From IMG/VR virus record IMGVR_UViG_3300042515_001753, positions 124,001 through 188,000 of that record: 64,000 bases of DNA; one strand, 5' to 3'. Shown piece by piece: positions 52,669 through 62,921 of the stretch. The notes beneath the pieces are model-generated. The model was not told the origin of the DNA. It searched no databases and saw only the letters and a program-made list of their open reading frames with translations. Within the stretch, counting starts at the first letter, position 1, and the number at the start of each line of letters is the position of its first letter. The position numbers were made by a program, and so were the translations under genes.

Positions 52669-52768
52669 TTGCTTATAGGATTATTATACAGCAAAAAAGG
52701 GGTCTGTGCGGACCCCTGTGCCAGTTCTTAAAGTGTCTTAGTATCTCATCTTCAACGGAGACAAACCT

Positions 52769-52797
52769 AGTCTACAGCGATTTAGAGATTATGTCAA
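52769..52797 (-). promoter_or_regulatory. sigma70 promoter
   Basis: TTGACA-N17-TAGACT. Confidence 0.65.
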
Positions 52798-52802
52798 GCC
52801 CC

Positions 52803-54803
52803 TTATGGAACTACAACTGTACTAAGAACTCCTGTATTACTTACAAACAATCTATACTTAGTTCCATTAGCAGATGTAAGAATTAAACCAGTAGAAGTGT
52901 TTATACCAACAGAAACATCACCACCAATTACTCTTGCTGGTCCGTTTACCAGTAATCTTGTTCCTAAGGGATTATCTACGTTTGTGGTTCCAATACCAAC
53001 TGTACCAAAAACTGTGTCTACTTCTGAGGCATCAATACCAAGACCAAATCTAATTGAAGTTGTTCCAATTCCTATTCCAGATGAATTAATAACTACTGCA
53101 TCTTCTGGAGTTAATAAATAATTTCCACCAATATGCAAAGGTTCTAATGGAATTGTATTTCCAATACCAACTTTTTGTTCAAAAAATCCATGATTAGTCA
53201 CATTAATGTCATAGAAAGTTGATATTCCAGAAGTTGCATTTACATTTTCATCACCTACACTCATGATTTGATTTCCATTAGCATCAAGAAGTCCAGATTG
53301 ACCGTCTAAAATATAAAGTGTTCGAACACTCGTACTGGTTGCTGCTCCAGTTGCAACAATATCTTGAGATACATTTAAAGAAGAAACACTTACATCTCCA
53401 GAAACCTGAAGTTTACTTGTAGGATTCGTAATACCAATTCCAAGATTTCCTCCATAAGTTAATGTCATCAAAGGATTTGAAGCATCTGGAGCATAAATCC
53501 AGTTAAAATCTCCAATATTTCCACTACCTGCACTATAATTGAGGTAATGATTTAAATTTCCAGTACCATAATTAATAACATCCAAAGTTCTTGAATTACT
53601 GTAGGGATATACTCCAGAAGTATTTCCAAATCTTAGAGCACCATTATTCCCAGTAAGAGTTGTGCTTCTACCTACTGCAACAATTGCCTCTGCAGTATCA
53701 CTCGTAACTTGTAATTTAGATGTGGAACTTCTTCTGATATGAATATCACTTGAAGGAGAGTTTGTACCCACTCCAATTGACTCCGCATAAAGTCTTGTGG
53801 AGACAGTTGAGATTCCTATAGATGATGATTGACTTATAATACTTGAAGAGGTTATAATTCCTATATTATTAATATTTGAGGAAGTTATATTAGATACTGT
53901 AATATTAGGAGATCCACTAATGCTGGTAGCGGTTGTGGCAGTTCCAGTTACATTTCCTACAAATCCTCCAGTTGAGGTTGTAACCCCAGAAACTAAAAGT
54001 CTAGATGCGTTTGCTACACCAAGGGTTGCAATTCCTGTATTATTTAAATTAGTGTTTGTTAATGAAGTAATAACTCCATTACTTGCGGTAATTATTCCAG
54101 TAATACTAATATTTTGAGGTAATCTAGAATTATCTAAGGTTCCATTAGTGATATTGGTGGCATTAAGTCCCTGTAAATTTGTTCCGAATCCACTAAATGA
54201 GTATGCCGTTACAATACCAGAGACATTAATATTTTGTGACAATCTGGCATTATCTAGTGTTCCGGATGCAATATTAGATGCATTTAAATTAGTAATATTA
54301 GTTCCTAAACCACTTAAACTAGATGCGGTTATAATTCCAGTTGTATTTACATTTCCCGTAATCTCATCAACAGATAATCCATTTCCTGTGAGAGGATCTA
54401 GACCAACTTGTAAAGAATAATTTGGAATATCTGTTCCTACACCAACTTTTGATGTTGTAGAAATATTTCCTGCACTAATATACCATCCATCAACAGCAAT
54501 TGCATAAATGTCAGTAAGACCAGAGGCACTTCCATAAAATGCCGTGGCACTTACAATTCCCGTAGAGACATTAAATGTAATTGCAGAACCAACCTTTACA
54601 TCATTATAAAAAGTGGAAACTCCGGTGATTGTTAGATTGGTTGCCGTGACTAATCCAGTAACCTTTGCGGTTCCGTAAACATCCAAAAACTCTGTTGGAA
54701 TTGATGTTCCGATTCCAACCAGACCATTTGCATTTACAATAAAGTTGTCATCATCAACCTGAACTCCATTTCTAAAATTAAATGACTTATTATAATTTGC
54801 CAT
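52803..54803 (-). CDS. tail fibre-like structural protein
   Basis: Repeated GIGT.NP and GIITA motifs; S/T/G/N-rich; late promoter-like ATAAATA upstream. Confidence 0.75.
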   Translation of the reverse strand: MANYNKSFNFRNGVQVDDDNFIVNANGLVGIGTSIPTEFLDVYGTAKVTGLVTATNLTITGVSTFYNDVKVGSAITFNVSTGIVSATAFYGSASGLTDIYAIAVDGWYISAGNISTTSKVGVGTDIPNYSLQVGLDPLTGNGLSVDEITGNVNTTGIITASSLSGLGTNITNLNASNIASGTLDNARLSQNINVSGIVTAYSFSGFGTNLQGLNATNITNGTLDNSRLPQNISITGIITASNGVITSLTNTNLNNTGIATLGVANASRLLVSGVTTSTGGFVGNVTGTATTATSISGSPNITVSNITSSNINNIGIITSSSIISQSSSIGISTVSTRLYAESIGVGTNSPSSDIHIRRSSTSKLQVTSDTAEAIVAVGRSTTLTGNNGALRFGNTSGVYPYSNSRTLDVINYGTGNLNHYLNYSAGSGNIGDFNWIYAPDASNPLMTLTYGGNLGIGITNPTSKLQVSGDVSVSSLNVSQDIVATGAATSTSVRTLYILDGQSGLLDANGNQIMSVGDENVNATSGISTFYDINVTNHGFFEQKVGIGNTIPLEPLHIGGNYLLTPEDAVVINSSGIGIGTTSIRFGLGIDASEVDTVFGTVGIGTTNVDNPLGTRLLVNGPARVIGGDVSVGINTSTGLILTSANGTKYRLFVSNTGVLSTVVVP

Positions 54804-54842
54804 CTTCTGGATACTTTTTAGTTATTTATTGACTTTATGAAG

Positions 54843-55817
54843 TTAGGTTGGAGTAGTATTATAAAGTATTGGTCCAGATATGGAACCTCCGACGTTTGAT
54901 ATAGATGTTCCGCTTCCATCGTTGTAGATAATAATTGCTCTTCCTTGCGATCCTCCGGCATTTCCAGTTCCGCTAGCACCATTACCTCCATTAGATCCTC
55001 CGGCACCTGCGGCATTTCCACTTGTTCCTCCAGCACCACCAGTAGTCAACCCACCTGAAGCACCAGCACTTCCATCGTTGCTTGCATTTCCACCACCAGC
55101 ACCCCCGTTACCGCCAGGATATCCAGAACCTCCACCACCCCCAGCTCCTGCTGTGCGTACTTCTGTTCTGCGCCTTGTAATAGACCCTGTTCTTCTAGAT
55201 TGATTAGTCCAAGAACCTCCGCCGCCGCCTCCACCACCGGATTGGATGTATCCTCTATTTGTAACGATTGTTGGATATTGAATTCCTAAGGCACTACTTC
55301 CATCACCACCTACGGTTGAATTGGTAAGAGTACTGTCTGCTCCTTTTCCACCATCTCCCCCAGAACCATAAAGTTGCCCACTTGGTCCAATTTCAAGTTC
55401 TAATTGCGTATTTGCTTCCCATTCGCCAGTTGTTAGTGCCACATTATTAATTGATGCCTTATTAGATCCAATAATTTTATTTACATTAATAATAATTCTT
55501 GTATTTGCACCACTTGCTGGTCTAGTTTTAAATTCACCAATCACAGTCACGTTTTGATTATTATACCTAACACGAGCACTCAAACGTTGAGCAATGAATG
55601 AGGTATCATAAAAACCAACGACAACATTTAATTTTTTAGAATAAAAATCACTAAATGCGATAGGTCCAGATTGAGGAATTCCAGTATCTAAGGGAAGATT
55701 TGATAATGTTCCAACAGTTTGACTAACTCGGTAAGCTCCAAAACTTATATTTGTAGTTGGTCCAAACTCTCTTGAGATATCTGAAGCAGATATTGAACCC
55801 GATGCTTGTAGCGCCAT
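54843..55817 (-). CDS. glycine-rich fibre-tip/adhesin-like protein
   Basis: Poly-Gly tracts as in gp38-type adhesins; follows the fibre gene. Confidence 0.6.
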   Translation of the reverse strand: MALQASGSISASDISREFGPTTNISFGAYRVSQTVGTLSNLPLDTGIPQSGPIAFSDFYSKKLNVVVGFYDTSFIAQRLSARVRYNNQNVTVIGEFKTRPASGANTRIIINVNKIIGSNKASINNVALTTGEWEANTQLELEIGPSGQLYGSGGDGGKGADSTLTNSTVGGDGSSALGIQYPTIVTNRGYIQSGGGGGGGGSWTNQSRRTGSITRRRTEVRTAGAGGGGGSGYPGGNGGAGGGNASNDGSAGASGGLTTGGAGGTSGNAAGAGGSNGGNGASGTGNAGGSQGRAIIIYNDGSGTSISNVGGSISGPILYNTTPT

Positions 55818-55819
55818 AG

Positions 55820-58800
55820 TTACTTAACTCCTTTGAGTTCGTTGATTTCTGCTTTGAGTTCTTTGATTGCCTCAATCAGTAGAGGAACAAGTTTTTCGTA
55901 TTGAACCGTAATGTAGTTAGAATCTACAGGAGCAGGTTTGACTGCTTCTGGAAGAACTACCTGAACTTGTTGTGCAGATACGCCCACATAACGAACTAAA
56001 CCATCAAAACCAAGTGACTGCCCAATCTCATTAAAGTTATATGTAAATCCGCTCAGAGCAAGAACTTTATCTAGAGCATTTTCTAGTGGTTGAATATTTG
56101 TTTTGAGTCTTTCGTCGGAAGCAAAAGCAGTAATATCTCCACTTACAGATAAATTCGTTCCATCAAAAACTAAACTAGATGAAGTGGTAGCATTATTGGA
56201 ACCATCCTTAAAGACAACTTGATTGGCAGAACCGAAACTTAAATCGGCGGCAGTAGAAGCAGAAGTCGCATTACCAGATAATGTGGCAGTAATGGTTCCA
56301 GCACTAAAGTTGTTAGAAGCATTACGAGCAACAATAGTTGATGCCGTGTTTGCTGAAGTTGCATTAGAAGTTACAGTAAATGTGGCAGCACCGGAATTAT
56401 TAAATGTTGCGGATCCAGATAATCCAGTACCAGAAGTATTAAGTGTTAATAAATTACTAAGAGTACCAACAAATGTAGATGCTGTTAAAGCATTAGTATT
56501 AGCATTATAAGTCAATCCAGAATCAATAAACGGACTTTGATTACCTGTTGATTGATTTGCAACTAATACTATTGAAGTTGTAGTGTCTGATGATGTAGTA
56601 GAGGAAATGTTTATATTATTTGCATTAGTTGCAGTTCCAGTCACATCACCGACTATGTTACCAGTTATATTACCGGTCACATTACCAGTAATAGTTCCAG
56701 TTACATTTAAATTTCCACCTACATTCAGGTTCTGAGCAATACCGACACCACCACTTACAACTAGTGCTCCATTTGCCGTGGTTGTGGACGGAGTATTAGA
56801 ACTTACTTTTAATTGTGATTTAATATTTACAGCATTTGTAAACTTAACTTCCTTATTAAATGTAACCGGACCATCAAATTGAGAAAGAATCGTGCCAGAA
56901 TTACCACCCTCAACAACAAGACGTTCTTTAACGGTTACTTCATCAAATACGGCACTTAATCTAGATGGGTCTTCACCGGTAACCGTTGGAATTGGATTAT
57001 CATATGTAACTTCCTCACCAGTTGATGAAGATGTTTTACGATTACCAATAAAGGAGTCACCATTATTATTCATACCAGTATAAACAACAATACCACCAGA
57101 CCTTTCCTGTGACTGTACCAAGAACTCTTCTCTTTCTGTCAAAGTTACGGTCTGAACCTGAGGCAATCCTGTTGAGTAGTTTCCTGGACCATATCCAAGA
57201 TACTCAAAAGTATGCCCCGAAGCTCTAACAATTGAAGGTCTTCTGAATTCAATTGAGATTGGTTTAATCTTTCTGATAAGTGAACCACTATCGTGAGCGG
57301 TTTGTTTCGTGGATAGAGCACCACGAATCACCGTAATCTCATTTCCTCCACCACCACTCAGAGTGCTACTCGCAACTCTCATAATCTCTTCATCAATCTG
57401 AATATAAGAACCAAGTGGGAATCTCTTGGTGATTGCTGCTGCACTTACAGGGCTTGATACTGCAACTGTGAGAGAAGTGGTGGTAATTCCACTAGCGGCA
57501 ACAAGTGTTTCCTTATCAAATAATGGAATACTTCTGATTCCTAGATTTTCTGCTGTAGAATCAGAACTGGCATTATTTGCAGAAAGCCCGTGCTTCAGTA
57601 CATATCCACCATTCACACTCAGAGAAGGTGTAAGTGCCGTAAATGCATTTACACTAACTCTATCTTTTACAATATAATCTCCTCTATTATTATTTGAGGA
57701 ATCAATCACTCTAAATCTATTACCGGCAACTAATCCGTGAGGTGCAGAACAATTAAAGGTACTTATCCCAGACCCAGAAGAATAACTGGTGGTTGTAATC
57801 CGAACCGAAGGTCCAACGATAAAGGCATATTGATTTGCCGTAACTACAGAGTCTCCTGCTGTCTTGGCAATTGAAATCTGATTGTCTGCCGAAACTGCCG
57901 TAATACGGTGATATGTGTCTGAGGTTGTTCCATCACCCGTAAATTGAACCACATTACCAATTGCCGTTGTAATTCCTGATGTGATAATATTAAATCTTGC
58001 ATTACCATTACCATTACCTATCACAGAGGCATCAAAATATAATGCACCGGCAGAATATCCAGATCCAGAAGAAACAACATCTGCAGAAATTACCGCTCCA
58101 CCAGATACCACAACTTTTGCAGTTGCTCCTCTCCAGGTTCCAGTCTGAGAAGTATTGAGAAGTTTGAGGTTTTGATATGTTCCAGAATTATAAGATGCAC
58201 CAGCAACTAAAGTACTGAAGGTTACAATACCGGCAAGACCGTGCTCTCTTGCAAAGGTAATCGTTGCACTTGATGTAGAGTTAGATACTGAGGATACATC
58301 AAGACCAACTCCTAGATTTGTGAGTAAGGTATCGGTCGATTCTTTTGTAATACTCTTCTTAAGGTCACTTGTTACGACATCACCAATCGGGGACCTCTTT
58401 GCAAATGTTTTGGCAGATGTTGGAGTATCATTAACATTATCTCTGTCTAACTGAGGATAAAGGTCAACAACATTCTGACTATACTTAATGTTTGTGAACT
58501 CCGTTGGAATTGCCTTATTGGCACTTAAAGTATAGATATGATAAACACCATCCTGAATACCACTAATGTATGAAGTAATTACTTCGCTTCTATAATTGTA
58601 AAGATTTGATTGTAAGTTATTTCTTTCAAATCTTGGAGATGAGGTTGTTCTATTGGAGGTTACATTTGTGAATAATGCGGGAGTTCTTGTTGTGGTATGA
58701 GTAAAGGTCATATCATCAACAACTGATGCAACCGTAAAGGTTCCGTTATAACCAAGATTATCTTCACCAGTTGTGTTAGTACTGTCCGTTACATTTTTAA

Positions 58801-61381
58801 TAATAATACTATCACCAACCTGAAGATTGTGTGGAAGTTCAGAAATTACAGTTACGGTTGAGGATGCACGAGAGCAAGTACTAATAAATCTTGAATTTCG
58901 GTTATACTCATAGTCGGATTCCGTAAGACTCGAAAGACTAAAATCACTATTATTACGATACCCAGTTGAACTTGATTCTTGAATTACAAATCCGTCTTCT
59001 GGATTTTTAGAACCCACAAGTTCTTTTGGAATTACAACTCTAATTTTATAAAGTTTTTCATCCAAACTTCTGGTGTCTTCAATTCTTTTTACATAAGAAG
59101 GTTCGGTTCTTTCGGTCAATACAGCAACACCTAATGCAACAATTGCCGTATAAATGTCACTACTTACATTTGTGTTAATGTACCACTGACTATTTGTAGT
59201 ATCATATTGTACTGGATGTCCAACATCTCCGGCAATCTTATCAGATACTCTGCTCAGAATTCTTAGATTAGTTCCTTTATATACATCAATTGCAGTTCCA
59301 CTTACAGCTGCCGACTCTGAAGAAGCAAGTTTAATTTGAGTGGAAGATTGTCTGATTGCATAATAAACTGTATTTTCTACAATATTTTCTGGCAAATCAC
59401 CATCGTCACTTAGAATAATAACTTTTTCACCCGTTTGGATGTTATGAGTACCAAGTGTAAAAATATTAGATGATGGTATGGATGATGTATATTCTTTAAC
59501 AGAACTTGTAATACCATCGGACATTAAAATATTTGCCGAGTATTCTGTTCCGTTTCCAACGAAATATAGTTTGTCACTTACTTTTGCACCAATTCTATAT
59601 CCTTGAGTAAGAATTGGGGGGATATCATCTTGAGAAGTAAATCCAAAGAGATATAATCTGGTGCTGTTTGCGACTGATATAGTCTTTGTAACATCTAATG
59701 AAATCCAATCAATATCTTGCTCATCTTCCACTATTGCTCTTGGAGCAATAATTGAGGTAATGAATGCCTTATTGTCTTTATCAAATGCTTCTTTCTTAAA
59801 TCCAGAAGATGTAAGTGAAATCTGACCGAAGTTGGAGTTTGAGTTGGTGATACTTAGGTCAGCACCAGTTTCTGCATCAAAGTGCTTATTGAATCCAATC
59901 GCAAAGACGGATACAATCTGAATAAAGGCATCATTCGTTGCCTTAATATGACTTGATTCCCATCCACTTCTATAAATTGATAGTGGATCTAGGTGATAAA
60001 CCGTTCCGAGTGAAGATGATTGGGAAGATAAAGTTGCTCCTGCAACTCTGGATATAGTAATATTATCGGAATAATCTCTATTTGTTGGATTGTATTTTAC
60101 AAATGCACGGTCGTCTTTTTGTAGAGATACGCCCGTGAATTGTGCCACAACCATCGAACGGAAACCCGATGCCTTACTACCATCGGCAAGCATTCCGTTC
60201 ATACCATAAACAGAACGCAAGGAAATATTAAAGATATATGGAGATGCTCCAGATACGGTATCAGTTTCAATTGTTACAAATCCACTCGATGCATTTCCTG
60301 GTGTTGCCAGATTGGGTGGAAAACTTGGGAGTAAGTATGTAAATACGGTTGGATCAGTTGCACTAATACTCTGAACTTTTGTTGAGATATTATATTCTAC
60401 TGGAGAAACTCCACTAATCTTGATTGGGGTTCCTGCCGTGAATTCGTGAGCTACTGCAGTTTTGACCGTGACCTGATTAGTTGCGGTTCCACCAGACCCA
60501 GACTCAATTGTAGAAATCTGAAGAGGATCTGCGGCAAAGGCACCTACAATTTCCCATTCTGGTCTCTGCTTCTCAAAACCAAGAGAATCAGCGGGGTACT
60601 TTTGATCAATATCTCTACCAGATGCAAGATTAAATGCATTAGAGAGTTTTGCATAATACATATCAAGGTCAGTCAGACCCGTATCTTCATATAGATTTAC
60701 TCCATCAGCATACTCAAAGCAGGTGAGTTTGTGGTGAGAAAATATTGGAGTTGATTGGTTATTGACGGAGAAATCTGCTGGGTCAGTATAAACAGTACCC
60801 TCTGTGCTACCATCAAAGATACAGAACTGCCAGAAATAGCAGGCACCGGTAATTCTAAAAATTGCCGAGTTTGGAACAGCAGAATCTGTTGGGTTCGGAA
60901 CATATTTTGGGCGAATCTTGGTCTTTCTTAAATCTAGACCAACAATTGAGGTTCCTCTGGGTACAACAACCCCGCCGTTTGCACTATTAAACTTATAAAG
61001 AATATTATCTTCTTGTGTAAGGTCGAATACTGATTCAAGTGTGAGTGATAATGTGCTCGATGCTGGAGATGTTGTTCCACTCGGAGATGTTACTGTTGCT
61101 GTTCCACCAACATCCTTTATAGAAAAACCCGGACGATTATCAACAGTATGCTGCCCAGGCATCAAGAGAATTGTGGTTTTCTCTACTTCATCATTACTAT
61201 TTCCTCTTAGATAGGAAAATCTTGCTGCCTCTAAAAGTGCTCTCTGTAGCGTCTTAAAGGGTTGAGCAAGTGAGTTACCCTGATTACTGATGCTATCTGT
61301 GGAATCAAGGTCACTAGGCGAAACATAAAGAATGCGACCTTCTGTGTTCTTTATGAAATTATCTAATTTGTTCAGACCCAT
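55820..61381 (-). CDS. large tail fibre/structural protein with C-terminal intramolecular chaperone (S74)
   Basis: 1853 aa; SDERLKTNI...GVSAQ....PEAV...V.YEKLVPLLIEAIKEL. Confidence 0.8.
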   Translation of the reverse strand: MGLNKLDNFIKNTEGRILYVSPSDLDSTDSISNQGNSLAQPFKTLQRALLEAARFSYLRGNSNDEVEKTTILLMPGQHTVDNRPGFSIKDVGGTATVTSPSGTTSPASSTLSLTLESVFDLTQEDNILYKFNSANGGVVVPRGTSIVGLDLRKTKIRPKYVPNPTDSAVPNSAIFRITGACYFWQFCIFDGSTEGTVYTDPADFSVNNQSTPIFSHHKLTCFEYADGVNLYEDTGLTDLDMYYAKLSNAFNLASGRDIDQKYPADSLGFEKQRPEWEIVGAFAADPLQISTIESGSGGTATNQVTVKTAVAHEFTAGTPIKISGVSPVEYNISTKVQSISATDPTVFTYLLPSFPPNLATPGNASSGFVTIETDTVSGASPYIFNISLRSVYGMNGMLADGSKASGFRSMVVAQFTGVSLQKDDRAFVKYNPTNRDYSDNITISRVAGATLSSQSSSLGTVYHLDPLSIYRSGWESSHIKATNDAFIQIVSVFAIGFNKHFDAETGADLSITNSNSNFGQISLTSSGFKKEAFDKDNKAFITSIIAPRAIVEDEQDIDWISLDVTKTISVANSTRLYLFGFTSQDDIPPILTQGYRIGAKVSDKLYFVGNGTEYSANILMSDGITSSVKEYTSSIPSSNIFTLGTHNIQTGEKVIILSDDGDLPENIVENTVYYAIRQSSTQIKLASSESAAVSGTAIDVYKGTNLRILSRVSDKIAGDVGHPVQYDTTNSQWYINTNVSSDIYTAIVALGVAVLTERTEPSYVKRIEDTRSLDEKLYKIRVVIPKELVGSKNPEDGFVIQESSSTGYRNNSDFSLSSLTESDYEYNRNSRFISTCSRASSTVTVISELPHNLQVGDSIIIKNVTDSTNTTGEDNLGYNGTFTVASVVDDMTFTHTTTRTPALFTNVTSNRTTSSPRFERNNLQSNLYNYRSEVITSYISGIQDGVYHIYTLSANKAIPTEFTNIKYSQNVVDLYPQLDRDNVNDTPTSAKTFAKRSPIGDVVTSDLKKSITKESTDTLLTNLGVGLDVSSVSNSTSSATITFAREHGLAGIVTFSTLVAGASYNSGTYQNLKLLNTSQTGTWRGATAKVVVSGGAVISADVVSSGSGYSAGALYFDASVIGNGNGNARFNIITSGITTAIGNVVQFTGDGTTSDTYHRITAVSADNQISIAKTAGDSVVTANQYAFIVGPSVRITTTSYSSGSGISTFNCSAPHGLVAGNRFRVIDSSNNNRGDYIVKDRVSVNAFTALTPSLSVNGGYVLKHGLSANNASSDSTAENLGIRSIPLFDKETLVAASGITTTSLTVAVSSPVSAAAITKRFPLGSYIQIDEEIMRVASSTLSGGGGNEITVIRGALSTKQTAHDSGSLIRKIKPISIEFRRPSIVRASGHTFEYLGYGPGNYSTGLPQVQTVTLTEREEFLVQSQERSGGIVVYTGMNNNGDSFIGNRKTSSSTGEEVTYDNPIPTVTGEDPSRLSAVFDEVTVKERLVVEGGNSGTILSQFDGPVTFNKEVKFTNAVNIKSQLKVSSNTPSTTTANGALVVSGGVGIAQNLNVGGNLNVTGTITGNVTGNITGNIVGDVTGTATNANNINISSTTSSDTTTSIVLVANQSTGNQSPFIDSGLTYNANTNALTASTFVGTLSNLLTLNTSGTGLSGSATFNNSGAATFTVTSNATSANTASTIVARNASNNFSAGTITATLSGNATSASTAADLSFGSANQVVFKDGSNNATTSSSLVFDGTNLSVSGDITAFASDERLKTNIQPLENALDKVLALSGFTYNFNEIGQSLGFDGLVRYVGVSAQQVQVVLPEAVKPAPVDSNYITVQYEKLVPLLIEAIKELKAEINELKGVK

Positions 61382-61411
61382 TTTATTATCTATAGACCTA
61401 TTATGTTTTAT

Positions 61412-61720
61412 TTATGAAGATAAGTCCTGCCGCAAAAACTCATAACCTTCATCTGGAAGGTCTTGGGGGTTTTCTAGGTCCATATCAAAAAGTAATGGGT
61501 GTGCTTCCTCGTCTATAAGATAGAATGAGTTTTTAAATAAATCATCTGGTTCAAATGCACGATACTTATCTGCCGTTCTACAGAGGTCTTCATCGTATAA
61601 GTGCCCATCAGGTAATTCATCGAAGGTAAATGGAATCTCGTTGATGAAGTACATTTTCACAATCATACTTCCGTTATTATACCAACAATATGACTGACTT
61701 ATTTTATACTTGAAAGACAT
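61412..61720 (-). CDS. conserved cyanophage hypothetical protein
   Basis: 102-aa ORF. Confidence 0.6.
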   Translation of the reverse strand: MSFKYKISQSYCWYNNGSMIVKMYFINEIPFTFDELPDGHLYDEDLCRTADKYRAFEPDDLFKNSFYLIDEEAHPLLFDMDLENPQDLPDEGYEFLRQDLSS

Positions 61721-61743
61721 TTGAGTATCTCAATATCTTATAT

Positions 61744-62457
61744 TTATTTTAACCATTTACGAATAGAATTATCACTAACTCCATATTTTTTACCTACAGC
61801 AAGATAAGAACTTTCTTTTACTTCTTGTAATAATTGTTCTTTAGAAGGTCTTTCAACTTTTCTTTGGGATTTTGAATAGCAACTATTACAAAGACCAGTT
61901 TTGCAGTTTGTTTTCAATTCAACCCCACAAGAAGAACATTTATGAATTTTTTTGGTTAGTATTGTTTGGATTTTATTTTTTATTGTTTGTGAGTTTTTAT
62001 TTTTCTTATTTTTACCACGATATGTTGGAGTTTTAGCGTGACAATTTGGGCATAAGATTTTTAAATTTTCTAATATATTGTTATAATGGTCTCCATCAAT
62101 ATGATCTAATTCTAAAGGTATTGGTTCTTCTAACCATTCACTCAATCCGCAGCATTCACATCTATGATTCTTTAATCCCTCTATAATTAATCTTTTTCGC
62201 AATTTGTTAGAATTGTACTCATAATTCTTAACAAGGATTTCACTTAATGGTGTTGTATTAAACTTATGAGTTTTTCCCTTTAGATGTCCTTGACCTGTAA
62301 AATGTGAAGTGTCTATTCCATAAAGTTTTTCAAATTTTTTAAATACTCTATAGTTTCCACCTCTTGGAGATAATCCAAGTTTTGTAAGTGCTTGTGCTAT
62401 GGAATAACTTTCTTCTACTGCTTTTTTAAATTCTTCTATGCTATATGAATGTCTCAT
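61744..62457 (-). CDS. free-standing HNH homing endonuclease
   Basis: CECCG...LELDHIDGD..NN..ENL..LCPNCH; Zn ribbon and C-terminal HTH. Confidence 0.9.
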   Translation of the reverse strand: MRHSYSIEEFKKAVEESYSIAQALTKLGLSPRGGNYRVFKKFEKLYGIDTSHFTGQGHLKGKTHKFNTTPLSEILVKNYEYNSNKLRKRLIIEGLKNHRCECCGLSEWLEEPIPLELDHIDGDHYNNILENLKILCPNCHAKTPTYRGKNKKNKNSQTIKNKIQTILTKKIHKCSSCGVELKTNCKTGLCNSCYSKSQRKVERPSKEQLLQEVKESSYLAVGKKYGVSDNSIRKWLK

Positions 62458-62500
62458 ACTGGTAAACTTATTGTATAGTTATTTATATAAGTTTACCAGT
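62458..62500 (-). promoter_or_regulatory. late promoter inside a 13-bp hairpin that occludes the HNH translation start
   Basis: ACTGGTAAACTTA-TATAAATAACTATACAA-TAAGTTTACCAGT-ATG. Confidence 0.8.
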
Positions 62501-62503
62501 TCA

Positions 62504-62774
62504 TACCCGTGAGTGGATTCGAACCACCGCTTGAGAGATTTTCTTACCACTATAGTTTTCACTACCCTTTCGGTTTGTGGTCTGGACTATACCTTCATCA
62601 TACCTTTCGGTTTAGATGTTCCCCGTCTAGTCTCTACACCTTCATCTTACGATGCTTGGCTCGGTATTGCCATTTTACAGGTTTCACCGAATTTGAGGAA
62701 TTGCACTCATAAGGTTTCCCAAATGAGGCTCAATTTTCATAAGTCTCTTGCCTCTTCCGCTGGGCTACACGGGC
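62504..62774 (-). tRNA. trnL: tRNA-Leu(UAA), intron-containing; exons 62774-62741 and 62542-62504
   Basis: Spliced product GCCCGTG..AGAGA-CTTAAAA-TCTCT..GGTGG-TTCGAAT-CCACT-CACGGGT-A, 73 nt. Confidence 0.9.
62543..62740 (-). mobile_element. group I intron (trnL/IC3-like), 198 nt, no ORF
   Basis: Inserted at U^AA and ends in G; P AAATTCGGTGAAACC, Q AATACCGAGCCAAG, R GTGTAGAGACTAGACGG, S AAGGTATAGTCC. Confidence 0.9.
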
Positions 62775-62788
62775 TTGTGTATGAGACT

Positions 62789-62817
62789 ATTATAACTCAA
62801 AGAGTCCTAATAGTCAA
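62789..62817 (-). promoter_or_regulatory. sigma70 promoter for trnL
   Basis: TTGACT-N17-TATAAT. Confidence 0.75.
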
Positions 62818-62818
62818 G

Positions 62819-62892
62819 TGCTCATTGTGGGAATCTAACCCACCTTCGGCGCTTTATGAGAACGCTGCATTCAAACAGATTGCTAAATGAGC
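62819..62892 (-). tRNA. tRNA with CAU anticodon (Met or Ile2), atypical D and T loops
   Basis: GCTCATT/AATGAGC acceptor, GCGTT-CTCATAA-AGCGC, T-loop TTAGATT. Confidence 0.7.
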
Positions 62893-62921
62893 ATTCGCTA
62901 TTCGCAAATGACGAATAGCAA

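Larger units (their letters stand above)
4527..52740 (-). repeat. dispersed promoter cassette: palindromic box TGTGCCAGTT-N4-AAGTG(T/G)C(ACA) 28-30 nt from a TATAAT-type -10 (PeSL-like), about 30 copies
   Basis: Boxes near 4528, 5095, 5601, 7388, 7815, 8760, 9420, 9681, 9964, 10401, 10673, 10958, 13900, 18251, 18682, 20151, 22561, 24658, 26479, 30360, 35979, 36872, 38681, 39314, 40828, 46507, 48358, 48978, 52717. Confidence 0.85.

Noticed and set aside
4527-52740. Repeated boxes as a CRISPR array or integron attC sites
   Set aside because: Spacing is irregular and gene-sized, copies are degenerate and tied to -10 elements, and no cas or integrase gene is present.
61744-62774. IscB/HEARO-type RNA-guided HNH
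   Set aside because: No RuvC motifs or PLMP domain; the adjacent RNA is fully explained as a tRNA plus group I intron.
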